Below are positions 62,290 to 64,000 of a DNA stretch of 64,000 bases, piece after piece. How positions within the stretch are numbered: position 1 is the stretch's first letter; each line of letters opens with the position of its first letter. This stretch comes from Rhynchobatus australiae (lineage: Eukaryota): NCBI GenBank assembly GCA_034780895.1, contig JAUZTB010000107.1, positions 40,584,671 through 40,648,670 on the forward strand, read 5' to 3'. A model generated the notes under the pieces. That model saw only the letters and a list, made by a program, of their open reading frames with translations. It made no database searches and was not told the origin of the DNA. The translations under genes were made by a program, and so were the position numbers.

Positions 62290-63322
62290 TTCACACTACC
62301 ACCCAGCATGTTAAGCTCACACAGGACTTCAATATGTCCTCAAAGTGGTTCCAATTTGATTTCCTTTATCCTGAAACATGGTTCCCTCTCCACCATACTT
62401 TTCAGAGTCTCAATCCTTCAGTTCCATTTCCTGCACTTCTGTTCTTATCTCCTCTCATCCCACCCAGATTCCATTTCTCCTCACCTTTCATCCCACCAGC
62501 TTCCACACCCAACAGATCATTGCAGGCAATTTCTGACACCACCAATGTGATGCACATCTTCCCCTCACCTCCGCTTTCAGCACTCCAAAGTGACACACTG
62601 CTTCCATCTCCATCAATAGCCAGTGTCCTTTTCACAGCACCTTTCTAAGCAACTGTAGAAGTGCCCTTTTGACTCCTCTCTACCCAGTGTCCAGGAACCC
62701 AAGCACTCCCTCTTAATGAAGCTTTGATTTATTTATACTTTTCTCCAATTTTGTGTAGTGCATTTGGTACTCATGACGTGGTCCCCACACCATTGAAAAA
62801 TCAAATGCAGATCGGATAACCACCTTTCAGAACATCTCCATTCATTCCAGAAGGGTGACCCATGAAACACTTTCAGATAATCAGCTTGCACATCATCTTT
62901 CCAGCATGCAGGCTGCCCCCAGAACAGTATATGCAAAAGATGCATTTTACTGTGTGTTTTGATGTACATGCAATTAATAAAGATATTTTATCTTATCTTA
63001 TTTAATTTCTTATCCCTCTCTTCTACTGGTATTTCAGTTGTATTCCTCTTTTCTTATTTGCACCTTCTCCAGACATACCTTTGCCATCCTGTCTCAGCCA
63101 TCACCACCACCACCCCTGTGTCATTCAATCTCTCCTGGTCCCATCTCCATCACAGGCCTTCTCTTTCATTGCTGCCCCCTCCCTTTCTCAGTAACTTAAT
63201 GTTTGTAATACTTCTAACTTACTCAATTCAGATGAAAGTTCATTGACCTAAAATGATAACTTTGTTTTCCTTTCTACAGGTGGTGTCTAACCTGTTGAGT
63301 ACTTCCAATATTTCCTGCTCGC
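62290..63322 (+). mobile_element. Penelope-like element 3' part (RT end, GIY-YIG, pLTR), decayed; SINE tail inserted at about 62905-63000
   Basis: Coding pattern RIP..LTFHPTS-like, HIFPSPPLSALQSD, ..VQEPKHSL, then C-rich GIY-YIG remnants and a pLTR with CAGATGAAAGTTCATTGACCTAAAA. Confidence 0.75.
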
Positions 63323-64000
63323 ATATTCACTTAAAAGTTCTAGGCCATAAGCCAACATTCCCTGGCCTTATTCATTCTACAGTCAGGTGGGAGAGACCCT
63401 GCTCAGGAGCATGTCCTGTCATGAAGGCACATCCTACCACCTAGTGGTACTGCAGGTAGAAATACTAATGCACTGAGAGCTTTATCATTGGGTGTGTAGG
63501 ACCAATCAGCTTGGTGTTGATCAAGCTCCATCGCTGGGAGGATGATGCCACACTTCAGCTACCAGGGATCATGATGGTCTTTCGACCAATGCTTTGAACC
63601 AGCTAATTTTGTTATGAAAGAGAGTGACTGTGCTGAATAGTCTATATGTGTTGCAATTTACAATGTGACCTGAATTAACATCAATACTGTGTCTCTTTGA
63701 ATATTAATATGGAATCAAGCATTGTATAGTTTAATATTAATGTAAAACCTTAAACACAACTCCTATAGTCAGGTAAATCATTCTGAAGATGTGAGAAAGG
63801 TGCAGAGCAACAGAACCAAACATAAATTTGTTTTGCTTTTAGTTTTTATTTATGTTCTCAAAAGGGTTAAATAACTACAGAAGTCTATACTTAGACATGT
63901 CATTCACTGCTCAACACATTGGGCACACACAGTCATTAACTTACGCTAACTATATAATTTTCACAAATAGAACCTCCCCCAATCTCAAAAATGTTCATTT

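Noticed and set aside
1-64000. CRISPR arrays, operons, rRNA or other prokaryotic systems
   Set aside because: The sequence is vertebrate repeat-rich DNA, with no regularly spaced repeats or dense coding regions.

Overview
This is vertebrate genomic DNA. The repeat inventory (V-domain tRNA SINEs, Deu-domain SINEs, CR1, Rex1/Babar and Penelope relics) points to a cartilaginous fish, probably a ray; that is an inference. The window is non-coding and TE-rich, has 11 N-runs, and contains no intact host protein-coding gene I can recognise. Most ORFs in the track are TE fragments, gap artefacts or noise. The standout is 39.28-40.99 kb, a decayed non-TE coding relic. Read by eye, its translation matches the C-terminal interferon-inhibitory domain of filovirus VP35, followed directly by VP40-like motifs. 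About 360 bp of it is duplicated in inverted orientation, so it could fold back into long dsRNA. This is a candidate endogenous filovirus-like element and needs profile or structure searches to confirm. Also present are several degenerate minimal hammerhead ribozyme motifs in Penelope termini and a SINE family carrying two different LINE-derived tails. All family assignments come from remembered consensus motifs, not database searches.
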